A stretch of DNA of 64,000 nt from assembly GCA_046483125.1 (NCBI GenBank), contig JAWODU010000119.1, forward strand, positions 1,584 to 65,583, in the 5' to 3' direction. Both the position numbers and the translations under genes were made by a program. The notes beneath the pieces were generated by a model that was not told where the DNA came from, searched no databases, and worked only from the letters and a program-made list of their open reading frames with translations. This document shows, piece after piece, positions 19,863 to 28,772 of this stretch. Each line of letters opens with the position of its first letter. Positions within the stretch are counted from its first letter, which is position 1. The DNA comes from Kiritimatiellia bacterium (GTDB taxonomy: Bacteria > Verrucomicrobiota > Kiritimatiellia > UBA8416 > JAWODU01).

Positions 19863-21645
19863 AGTCGGCCTCCTTTTTGAACAGTTTTATCACTTCCTCT
19901 ATTTCCATTGCACCCAGATCACCCTTGCTCCGGCTTCTTACCGAAATGGTTCCGGCTTCAACCTCTCTGGGCCCGGCTATGAGCATATACGGCACTTTCT
20001 CCAGTTCGGCTCTTCTGATTTTGGCTCCTATCTTTTCGGATTTACGGTCAGACGACGCCCTCAGGTGCTCCGACGACAATTCCCGCTTTACCGATTCGGC
20101 GTACTCGGTCTGCTTTTCCGTCAGCGGAAGTACTCTGGCCTGTTCCGGAGCCAGCCATAACGGGAAAGCCCCGCCGTAGTGCTCTACAAGAATTCCGAAA
20201 AAACGCTCCAGACTCCCCAGTAAAGCTCGATGAATCATGTAGGGTCTGTGTTCCGCGCCGTCCGAGCCCGTGTAAACCATATCGAACCGCTCCGGCATGT
20301 TGAAATCGAATTGTATCGTGCTCAACTGCCATTCTCGTCGGAGAGCATCCTTCACTTTCAGATCAATCTTCGGACCGTAAAAGGCTCCCCCGCCCTCCTC
20401 CACTTCGTATTTCACGGATTCGCTCCGCAAAGCTTTTTCGAGGGATGCCGTCGCTTCTTTCCAGCGCGAGTTTTCTCCCACGGCCTTACCCGGCCGTGTC
20501 GCGAGGTAAGCGGTAATTTCCGTGAATTCAAACGCCCTTAACATGCGCATGGCAAAACGGACCGTAGAAGATATTTCAGTTTCGATCTGACCGGGAGTGC
20601 AGAAGACATGGGCATCGTCCTGCGTAAAGCCCCGGACCCGAAGCAAGCCGTGCAATACACCGCTTTTTTCGTACCTGTAAACCGTCCCAAGCTCCGCCCA
20701 ACGAAGAGGCAGATCGCGATACGAACGTTTCTGCGATTTGTAGATCTGAATATGAAACGGACAGTTCATCGGTTTGATGAAGTATTCTTCTTCCTCTATA
20801 TCCATCGGCGAATACATGTTCTCGCGATAGAAACCGAGATGGCCCGACCGTTCCCAGAGCAGGGAACGCCCTATGTGGGGCGTGTACAGTAAATCGTATC
20901 CCGCGCGCGTGTGTTCACGCCGCCAGAAATCCTCTATGACCGACCGTATTCTGGCTCCCCTGGGATGCCACAGAATCAGCCCCGGGCCTGTTTCCTCCTG
21001 TACGCTGAACAGATCAAGAGCCCGCCCGAGCTTTCTATGGTCCCGTTTGCCGGCCTCTTCGATTGCCTTGATGACGGCGTCGACCTGTTCGGCTGAGCCC
21101 TCCGCGACTCCGTAGACGCGCTGAAGCATGGCATTTGTTTCAACACCGCGGTAATACGAACCCGCGACGGACGTAAGCTTGAACGCCGGAATCGCGCCTG
21201 TACTCGCCACGTGAGGACCCGAACACAGGTCACAAAAGTCCCCGGAACGATAAAACGTGATTTCTTCGCCTTCCGGTATGTCCGCCAGCCGTTCCAGCTT
21301 GTAAGTCTGCCCGGACTCTTCAAGCATTTGCTCGGCTTCTTCTCTTGGCAGAACAAGCCGTTCAAACGGGATATCCTCGGCGATGATCGCGGACATTTCC
21401 CGCTCCATGGCAGGAAAATCCTCGGGAGCGATGCGATGAGGAAGGTCGAAATCGTAGTAGAAACCGTCCTTTGCGGCGGGTCCTATGTCCAGCTTTACAT
21501 CGTCAAACAGTCTGCAGACTGCCGCGGCTAAAACATGCGCCGCACTGTGACGCACTTTTTCCAGATCCAAACTCGATGCCTCCTCTTTCGGTTGCCCAGT
21601 AATAAGACGGGCAAGATACCGCCGACCCCCGCCGCCTGTCAACAT
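19834..21645 (-). CDS. thrS: Threonine--tRNA ligase (no N-terminal TGS domain)
   Basis: RHSAAHVLAAAV...GFYYDFDL plus the class II core and anticodon-binding domain. 603 aa. Its 3' end overlaps the infC start by 29 nt. Confidence 0.9.
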   Translation of the reverse strand: MLTGGGGRRYLARLITGQPKEEASSLDLEKVRHSAAHVLAAAVCRLFDDVKLDIGPAAKDGFYYDFDLPHRIAPEDFPAMEREMSAIIAEDIPFERLVLPREEAEQMLEESGQTYKLERLADIPEGEEITFYRSGDFCDLCSGPHVASTGAIPAFKLTSVAGSYYRGVETNAMLQRVYGVAEGSAEQVDAVIKAIEEAGKRDHRKLGRALDLFSVQEETGPGLILWHPRGARIRSVIEDFWRREHTRAGYDLLYTPHIGRSLLWERSGHLGFYRENMYSPMDIEEEEYFIKPMNCPFHIQIYKSQKRSYRDLPLRWAELGTVYRYEKSGVLHGLLRVRGFTQDDAHVFCTPGQIETEISSTVRFAMRMLRAFEFTEITAYLATRPGKAVGENSRWKEATASLEKALRSESVKYEVEEGGGAFYGPKIDLKVKDALRREWQLSTIQFDFNMPERFDMVYTGSDGAEHRPYMIHRALLGSLERFFGILVEHYGGAFPLWLAPEQARVLPLTEKQTEYAESVKRELSSEHLRASSDRKSEKIGAKIRRAELEKVPYMLIAGPREVEAGTISVRSRSKGDLGAMEIEEVIKLFKKEADYSFVCQDKS

Positions 21646-21683
21646 AATGCTTCGCGTATCTTATTATCCCAGTCTGTATCCCC

Positions 21684-21758
21684 ATCTTAATCCCAATCTT
21701 AATCTTTATCTTAATCTCCCTGATATCAGATTATGATTAAGATTGTGATTAAGATTAC
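21684..21758. repeat. Palindromic repeat array: 3x ATCTTAATC, then ctGATATCag, then 2x GATTAAGAT (inverted)
   Basis: Seen directly. Lies between the thrS start and the stop of the vWA gene. Confidence 0.85.
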
Positions 21759-21765
21759 TAATCCT

Positions 21766-23523
21766 TTACATCTCCTCCCTGTACGGGATGCGGATACCGT
21801 AGGATTCGGCCGTCTTTTCCATTGCCCGGAGAATACGCACGTCGGGTTTCCGCGCGTATTCCCCGGTCAGATGATATATTTTCCGCCTTGCCCATTCGGT
21901 CTTGATCCTCTTGTTTCCGCGCTCGACGTTCCCTGTCAACGGCAGATCGAAAACCATATCGCATTCCAGTTCGCCTGCACGCCCCGCCGCCTGAAACGTC
22001 ACTTTTTCCAGCCCCTTCGGATATCGCCCGTACAGCACCAGCGGTCTGTCGAGATACAGATTACTGCACAAAACCGGATACACCTCGCAACCGGTATCCG
22101 AAGCGAATACAAAGTCCAGGTCCGTAATGACGGGTCTCCTTATCCCCGCGCACATCTCCTTTATTACGTCCGGAATAGACCACCTGCCCCGTGATATTAT
22201 GCGCGAATCTCCTCTGTTACAGTAACTCAGCAGGTCCAGCAGGTAGGAATTGGCGGTTTGCACAGTGCCCGCCGTGAACACGGAGATTTCGCCTTTATTG
22301 AGTTTACTGAATTCTCCTATGATTTCAGAGCTGTGTACTACACCGGCGGTAGGACGGCCGTCGGTAATCAACAGCGCGGTAACGGGCCTTCCCGGTTTCC
22401 GCTGTAATTTCAAGAGCGCTTTCATGGATTCAAATATGTCCGTATTTCCGCCCGCCTGAAGGCTGTCTATGAAATCTTTCGCTTTTCCCAGGCTTGCCGG
22501 AACCGGGCGCGCCCAGTCCTTGAAACACATTTCCGGAGAGTCCCTGAACCCAACCACATTGAACCTGTCGCCTTCGCCCAGCATCGCAAGACAGTTCTTC
22601 AAGCCTTCTCTGCAGAAATGAAGTCTTCGTTCGGCCATGCTGTTCGAACAATCCTGCACAAGCAGTACGTCTCTCGACAGGACCGGCAGTACTTTTTCAC
22701 CCTTCCTTTCTATTTCCACCTTGAAGTAGCCGTAGTCAAAGTCGAAGAAACGGGAATAAACGGTGATTTCCGCCTTCAGAACGTCTTCCACCGGTTTCAG
22801 GTCCTTTACCCTTCCGGTCCCCTCCACGTCCTCCGGCCTGCCGGGTTCGGGCCCCTTTCCTCCTTTGCCGTCGGACGGCATATCGCGCAAACGCCGTCTT
22901 ACGGTAACTTTCACGTCCAAACCTCCCTTACCGGAAAAATCCTCACGCCCGGAGCCGCGCCCCTGCATTTTTATCAAGTCGGACGATTCCACCGGCGCGG
23001 TAATGTCAGGCGCCCCGGTCCTCCTTTCGATATCCGGAATGACTCTTCTTTCCAGCCCCCGGATTTCAGACCCGGCCGCCTCCCTGCTCACTGAAATAAT
23101 TTCTTCTCTGGGCTCCCAGGCGCCGGGAGTGACGGAAGCATCACTTTCCGGCCCCCTCTTCATCTCACCGGCCGTGTCGCCGTTGTCGAAAGCCGGCGGC
23201 TCAAGGTCCGACTCGCTCGGAGGCGTCCCGAGTTTGCGCACTTCTTCGGTCAGTTCCATAACCGAGGGCGATTCACCGGGGCGCGTCACTTTGCCTCCCG
23301 GCCTCATGCTGAACGCCTCCCGCTTTAAATCTTTTATTCTTAAACCCGAACGGTTAATTACACTTTCGGACAGCGGCTCTGCGGACGACAGCCGTATGGC
23401 GTACCTTGAGGCCACAGTCAAAACCAGAACGTGGATTACAAAAGATACCGCGCAGGCCGATAAAGCGGCGGCGGTGCGGAATGATCCCGACCTTGCGCTC
23501 GAATTTTTTTTGCCGTAACTCAT
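21766..23523 (-). CDS. Membrane-anchored von Willebrand factor type A (vWA) domain protein
   Basis: N-terminal TM (SACAVSFVIHVLVLTVA), then a long disordered Pro/Glu/Gly linker. The C-terminal vWA has MIDAS DCSNSM...GGNTD...TDG. Confidence 0.7.
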   Translation of the reverse strand: MSYGKKNSSARSGSFRTAAALSACAVSFVIHVLVLTVASRYAIRLSSAEPLSESVINRSGLRIKDLKREAFSMRPGGKVTRPGESPSVMELTEEVRKLGTPPSESDLEPPAFDNGDTAGEMKRGPESDASVTPGAWEPREEIISVSREAAGSEIRGLERRVIPDIERRTGAPDITAPVESSDLIKMQGRGSGREDFSGKGGLDVKVTVRRRLRDMPSDGKGGKGPEPGRPEDVEGTGRVKDLKPVEDVLKAEITVYSRFFDFDYGYFKVEIERKGEKVLPVLSRDVLLVQDCSNSMAERRLHFCREGLKNCLAMLGEGDRFNVVGFRDSPEMCFKDWARPVPASLGKAKDFIDSLQAGGNTDIFESMKALLKLQRKPGRPVTALLITDGRPTAGVVHSSEIIGEFSKLNKGEISVFTAGTVQTANSYLLDLLSYCNRGDSRIISRGRWSIPDVIKEMCAGIRRPVITDLDFVFASDTGCEVYPVLCSNLYLDRPLVLYGRYPKGLEKVTFQAAGRAGELECDMVFDLPLTGNVERGNKRIKTEWARRKIYHLTGEYARKPDVRILRAMEKTAESYGIRIPYREEM

Positions 23524-25938
23524 CTACTCTTCGCCGCTCTCCGTCTTCTTACGCCATCTGCTGTCCGGATATCTATCAGACAGTTCACGGACGGCTTTCT
23601 GTGCCGATTCATTCCTGCCCGCTTTTCTCAATACTTCAGAGGCTTCATACAGCGCCTCGGGCACAATATCCGGGTGATCAAAGAGAGTTGCCACAATCAT
23701 GAAATATCGCGCGGCTTCTTCAAAATCCGACCGTCCCTCGGCGGCTTTGCCCAGGCCCATGTAAGCCCTTGCCCTCAAGCCTGTTTGTTCGTCTTCTCCG
23801 GCCATTCTTGCGGCTTTCGAAAACAGAGCACGGGACCGGTCATATTCTTTCTTTTCCAGCATCAAATATCCGAGTTTAAGCGCGCATTCCGGCGCATATT
23901 CAGTAACAACATCCTCTTTGAGCGCCCCGGAAAAGGCGCCGGACGCTTTTTTCTTTTCCCCGAGAGCCGAATACGCTCTTCCGGCCAGACACAGGGCCGC
24001 CTGGCGCCATTCGGGATCATCACTCCGTTTCAAAATCAGTTCCGCCGCGGATACCGCTTCGGCGTATTCCTTTTCTTCGTGCCAGTACTCGGACAGCCAT
24101 TTCAGCAGACCGGGGGTAAACTCCTGTTTCAAGGGGGAATCGAGCAAAGGCCTGAGGAGAGAAGCCGCGCTTTCATCCTTTTCCTGTTTCAGAAGCGCAA
24201 GCGCCATGCTGTATGAAGCGTGCCGTTTGAGTTCGTTGTCCGAGGCCTTCTCCAGCACTTCTTTGAATTCCTCGGCCGCGTCGGCGGGTTTGTCCTGTGA
24301 GAACAACAACCTTCCAAGCCAGTAGCGCGCTTCAACCGCGAATTCGGATTCCGGAAATGTTTGCAGAAAAGATCTGAAGGTGCGCTCGGCGTCTTCACGG
24401 AGTTTCAACCGGATTTGAGCCCTGCCCATCTGATAAATGGCCTCTTCCGCGAGAGAATGATTCTGATGTCCGTTAATCAGCTCCGACCAGTCCCGGACCG
24501 CCTCGGCATCGTCTCCGTTTTCCGCCATGCACAGCCCTGAAGCAAAAAGAGCCCGCCCCGCAAGTCCGCTTTCGGAAGCGCCGGCAGACAGCCTGTAATA
24601 ACGCGAAGCCTCTTTGTAAGATCCGCGTTTCCGGAGCATATGAGCCAACCGAAACGCGGCTTCATGCGCCGCTTCGGTCTTCGGGAACTCTTTCAATATC
24701 AGTTTGTAGTACTGAATCGCCCTGTCCCCGTCATTCAGCCCCGCGTAAGCTTCGGCCATGAGCCGATAAACGTCTTTTTTTCTTCCGCCCGCATCCAGCG
24801 CGCGGCGCGCGTCCGCAACCGCCTGAAGCAAATTATTCATTTTGTAACTGCTCAACGCTCTTTCATAAAATGAAGGCCCGGTGAATTCGCTGTCAGGATA
24901 CTTCTTCTGCAGACGCAGGTAAGTCTCAGCGGCCGCCTTGTACCTTGCCAGTTGACGCTCGCAATTAGCCTTGAGATAAAGCCATTCGGCCCGTTTGTCC
25001 CCGGAGAGCCCGTCCCCTTTCAAGGCCGTATCCGCCAGCTCGAGCGCCCGCGCGTAAAAGCCGGCGTTATGCGAAGCCCAGGCCGCGGGCAACGGCGATT
25101 CGACTGCGCGACTGTCCTCGGAATATTCTAAAAGCAAACGGTCATAGGCTTTCGCGCTCCGGGCGTACTCTTCCCGCCGAAACCGCAGTAAGCCGGCCTG
25201 AAACAGGGCCTCAGCCGCGACACGGTCCGTTTGGGCCGTCTTAACGACCTTGTCGTAAAGTTCAAGAGCCTTCTTCTGAGTATCGGCCTGCCGGCCGTAT
25301 ATTCCAGCGAGTTTTAAAAGAGCGTAAGGGTAAAAGCGGGACTGCGGGTGGTTCCCGGTGATTTCTTCCAGACGTTGAACCGCTTTTTTCTTATCTTCAG
25401 GAAGAAGGGCTTCGCCAAGGTAATAAAGGGCGCCGGCAGTAATATCCCCGCCGGGGTTCCGCTCAAGCAGTTCCCGCAGTAACCGGACCGCTTCCCGGCG
25501 CTCTTCGCGGTCAAGATGCAGAATCGCCGCTCTGAAACCGGCTTTGTGACTCAACTTACCCGCAGAACGGTTGAAAACGCGCTTGTACATGGAGCAGGCG
25601 TCTTCACTCCTGCCGAGTTTCTCAAAGCTCAACCCAGCCCCGAACACGGCCCGCGGAGTCTTTTCACTGTCAGGACAGGCTTCGATGAAAGCTTCGTATT
25701 CTCCAGCCGCCGCTTCATACATTTCCCTGCTGAAAAGCGCATCCGCGAAACGCAGTCTGTCTTCCGGAGTCACTGTTTCCCCGGCCGCAGCCCCAGCGCA
25801 CAGCAGAATCAGGCAAATACTACGGATCAACAAACGCATCCCCGTGCCCACGGTGAAAAAACTGTTCTTCATGCAATCGACGGTCTCGCAATCGCGGCAT
25901 GCCCGGGCCGCCTGTGGATACCCGCCCCGGGGGTTCAC
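23524..25938 (-). CDS. Secreted tetratricopeptide-repeat (TPR) protein
   Basis: About 800 aa of TPR-like repeats. Signal peptide MRLLIRSICLILLCAGAAAG. The ORF-track start is a GTG overlapping the exbD stop (GTGA); the true start may be M23 or M34. Confidence 0.75.
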   Translation of the reverse strand: MNPRGGYPQAARACRDCETVDCMKNSFFTVGTGMRLLIRSICLILLCAGAAAGETVTPEDRLRFADALFSREMYEAAAGEYEAFIEACPDSEKTPRAVFGAGLSFEKLGRSEDACSMYKRVFNRSAGKLSHKAGFRAAILHLDREERREAVRLLRELLERNPGGDITAGALYYLGEALLPEDKKKAVQRLEEITGNHPQSRFYPYALLKLAGIYGRQADTQKKALELYDKVVKTAQTDRVAAEALFQAGLLRFRREEYARSAKAYDRLLLEYSEDSRAVESPLPAAWASHNAGFYARALELADTALKGDGLSGDKRAEWLYLKANCERQLARYKAAAETYLRLQKKYPDSEFTGPSFYERALSSYKMNNLLQAVADARRALDAGGRKKDVYRLMAEAYAGLNDGDRAIQYYKLILKEFPKTEAAHEAAFRLAHMLRKRGSYKEASRYYRLSAGASESGLAGRALFASGLCMAENGDDAEAVRDWSELINGHQNHSLAEEAIYQMGRAQIRLKLREDAERTFRSFLQTFPESEFAVEARYWLGRLLFSQDKPADAAEEFKEVLEKASDNELKRHASYSMALALLKQEKDESAASLLRPLLDSPLKQEFTPGLLKWLSEYWHEEKEYAEAVSAAELILKRSDDPEWRQAALCLAGRAYSALGEKKKASGAFSGALKEDVVTEYAPECALKLGYLMLEKKEYDRSRALFSKAARMAGEDEQTGLRARAYMGLGKAAEGRSDFEEAARYFMIVATLFDHPDIVPEALYEASEVLRKAGRNESAQKAVRELSDRYPDSRWRKKTESGEE

Positions 25939-26363
25939 TTTCGCGTCTCCTGCTCCGGTTCAGTCGCGGCAAACGATACATTCCAGATATCGGCCGACGC
26001 GCACATATCCAGCACGCGGATCACGAATCCGTAAGGAGTTTCCCTGTCTGCCCGTATCAGGACCGGTGAACCTGGAAACAGCTCCACCACCCGGTTCAGC
26101 AGAGAACCGAGATCCTCTTCGTTCAGCGTCTTCTTGTTTACCACAACCGTTCCGTCCGGGAGAATATTCAGGATAATTTCGCCGGGCAGACGCTGGGGCA
26201 CTTCGCCCGATTTCGCCGTTGGAAGCGTAATATCCAGTTCGGTTTCCCACTGCGAATATATCTGCGTGGCGATAAAGAAAGACAGCAAAAGAAACACCAC
26301 GTCTATCATCGGCGCAATCTGAAAACCGGGTTCGGATGAAGAAAGTCGAGCACGAAATCTCAT
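25935..26363 (-). CDS. exbD: Biopolymer transport protein ExbD/TolR
   Basis: Single TM (IAPMIDVVFLLLSFFIA) plus periplasmic domain. 142 aa. Confidence 0.85.
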   Translation of the reverse strand: MRFRARLSSSEPGFQIAPMIDVVFLLLSFFIATQIYSQWETELDITLPTAKSGEVPQRLPGEIILNILPDGTVVVNKKTLNEEDLGSLLNRVVELFPGSPVLIRADRETPYGFVIRVLDMCASADIWNVSFAATEPEQETRK

Positions 26364-27142
26364 ACCTGTTTCTTGCTGAGGAAGGCCGTAAGAAGCCGGG
26401 TTGAAGCCGATTCAAGACAGGAAACAAGCCGCGAAGCCTTTCTGCGGAAATAAGCGTAAAAGGCCATGGCCACAATACCGACTACCAGGCCCGCCGCCGT
26501 GGTAACAAGCGCTTTGGAAACGCCCATGGCCACCGCTACCGGTTTGGCGCTCGCAGTTTCAAGGCCAAGGGATGTAAACGCATTCAGCATGCCCCACACT
26601 GTCCCGAGCAAACCGATCATCGGCGATACCACGGCTATATCCATCAGGTACTGGGTCTGCCCCTGTATGGCATCCGCCTGCCGCGCTCCTTCGCCTTCCA
26701 TCACATCCTTCATCAACAGCGGATCCGCCGCCGGCACCTCGCGCACATAATCAATCACCGCGCCGGCTACGTCCGAAAGCGGGCAGGGGCGGTAATCGCA
26801 GGTTCTGCGAGCCTCTTCAAACGCTCCGCCCTCGATCTTATCCAGTAATTCACGAAACAGCGCTTTCGGAGCCACCTGCGAAGGACGCAATACCGCAAAG
26901 AAATACGCTATTAAAGCCACGGCCGCAAAAGATATGCCGATCAGGACAAAAAATATTGCGCCCCCGCTCTCAACGATCCACCGGGTTGTCAAGCCGGCCT
27001 CGCCGCTCTCTCCGGCTTTCTCGACGGTTTCAACGGCGGCCCGCGGGGACGTTTCCTGCGCCGATAGAACGCCCGCGGTCCCGAACATCCACCCGCACGC
27101 CATAATCGCCACCAGAGTTATTTTCAGATATTTCAAGTCCAC
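26360..27142 (-). CDS. exbB: MotA/TolQ/ExbB proton-channel protein with N-terminal signal peptide/periplasmic extension
   Basis: Three C-terminal TM helices with the conserved MGVSKALVTTAAGLVVGIVAMAFY. Confidence 0.85.
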   Translation of the reverse strand: MDLKYLKITLVAIMACGWMFGTAGVLSAQETSPRAAVETVEKAGESGEAGLTTRWIVESGGAIFFVLIGISFAAVALIAYFFAVLRPSQVAPKALFRELLDKIEGGAFEEARRTCDYRPCPLSDVAGAVIDYVREVPAADPLLMKDVMEGEGARQADAIQGQTQYLMDIAVVSPMIGLLGTVWGMLNAFTSLGLETASAKPVAVAMGVSKALVTTAAGLVVGIVAMAFYAYFRRKASRLVSCLESASTRLLTAFLSKKQV

Positions 27143-27171
27143 TCTCTCCTTGTACTCCGCAAAACGGGGGT

Positions 27172-28581
27172 TCAGGCCTTCCTTTTACGCGCCGACAATT
27201 CCGGATACGGCACGCCGAAAAGGCGCGATACACACTTATGATAGTTTCTTAATTCACTTCCGGCAAAGCTTTTTGCCGATTTTAACTGGCTCCGAAGCTC
27301 GTCTATGCCGAGATCCAGAGGACCGCCGGTATGCTTTCTTTTCGACATCGCCTCCACGGGATTGAATTCACCCGCGGATCCGGGATTCTTTTTCACATGA
27401 TCGTAAGCCTTTCTGAAACTCATCCCCCTCGCCGCCATTTCCAGTGCCCGGTCCGTCGCAAACACAGCCGGCTCAAAAGCTGAAACCAGCGCTTTTTTAT
27501 TAACCCTGATATTTTCCACCAGAGACCAAAGCACCTTTACACAGCCCCCCGTTATCTTAAGCCCTTCCATGAGCGGCGCCTTGGTTTCCTGCAGGTCCCT
27601 GCTGTACCCGCCCGGCAGTGAACTTACAATCGATGCCGCGTTCAAGGCCCCGGCCTGCACGGAAGACGCCCTAGCCCTGACCAGTTCCAGTACATCCGGG
27701 TTCTTTTTCTGAGGCATTATACTGCTTCCCGTACAGTATTCCCCGGGCAGGCTGAAATACCCGAACTCCGGAGTCGAATAAAGTATCAGGTCCGAAGAAA
27801 ACCTCGAAAGTGATATCATGATCTGACCCAGCGCCGAAAGAACCGCCGCTTCGCACTTTCCGCGCGTGTTCGAAGCGTGAAGCACGTTGTGTACCGGTCC
27901 TTTCATTCCAAGGAGCCGCGCCGTCAAATCACGGTCGATTCCAAAAGGAACGCCATAGCCCGCGGCGGAACCCAGAGGGGACCGATTGTTGAGATCGTAC
28001 ACGGTCATTATGAGAGACAGATCATCAAGCAGGCTTTCCGCGTAAGCCGCAGACCACAGCCCCACGGAACCCGGCATAGCCGGTTGTGTATGCGTTCTGC
28101 CCACCATGGGAACCCGGGCATGCTTTTTCGCGAAACCCGACAGGGCGTTCGCAAGGCCGGCAGTATCCGTTATAAGATGCGCCAGCCGTTCTTTCGTATA
28201 CAGCCGGATGTCAAGCGCCGCCTGATCGTTTCTGCTCCGGCAGGTATGCAGTCTGGCGCCCAGGTCTCCCAGTTTCGCGGTCAGCGCTCTTTCCACGGCC
28301 AGATGTATGTCCTGGTCGGCCTGCTTTATTCTGAAGGAACCTTTCCTCGCAGACCGCATAATCCTCAACAGCTCGGCTTTTATTTTTTCGCTGTCCTTTT
28401 TCCCGAAAGGCCTCACCGCCCGCGGCAGATGTACCAAAGTATCGGCGTGGGCCGCGGAGCCTATGCAGTCTGCCTCGGCCAGTTCCAGGTCCATCTCCGC
28501 ATCCCTGCCCACGGTAAAGGACAGAATATCTTTTTTGACCGTTCCCACTATTGTTTTCACGCTTTCCCCGCTGTCCGGCAT
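27172..28581 (-). CDS. argH: Argininosuccinate lyase
   Basis: Fumarate-lyase signature GSSIMPQKKNPD. 469 aa. Confidence 0.9.
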   Translation of the reverse strand: MPDSGESVKTIVGTVKKDILSFTVGRDAEMDLELAEADCIGSAAHADTLVHLPRAVRPFGKKDSEKIKAELLRIMRSARKGSFRIKQADQDIHLAVERALTAKLGDLGARLHTCRSRNDQAALDIRLYTKERLAHLITDTAGLANALSGFAKKHARVPMVGRTHTQPAMPGSVGLWSAAYAESLLDDLSLIMTVYDLNNRSPLGSAAGYGVPFGIDRDLTARLLGMKGPVHNVLHASNTRGKCEAAVLSALGQIMISLSRFSSDLILYSTPEFGYFSLPGEYCTGSSIMPQKKNPDVLELVRARASSVQAGALNAASIVSSLPGGYSRDLQETKAPLMEGLKITGGCVKVLWSLVENIRVNKKALVSAFEPAVFATDRALEMAARGMSFRKAYDHVKKNPGSAGEFNPVEAMSKRKHTGGPLDLGIDELRSQLKSAKSFAGSELRNYHKCVSRLFGVPYPELSARKRKA

Positions 28582-28702
28582 TCCGCCGGGGATTATTCAA
28601 ACAAAACCGGGCTGTGCCTGTCGAGCATAACGTACGAAAACCCCGCCTCCCCGGCCAGGCCGAAGGGCCAACCGCCTGTCCCGGCGTAGTCCCGTCCACC
28701 GT

Positions 28703-28772
28703 CCGTCATCTGCCATCCGTCATCTGCAATCCGTCATCTGTCGTCCGTCATCCGCCCTCCGTCCTCCGCCAT
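28703..28772. repeat. Family B tandem repeat, 14 bp period (CCGTCATCTG + 4 nt) x5
   Basis: Seen directly. Overlaps the last codons and stop of the 28734..30020 gene. Confidence 0.85.
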
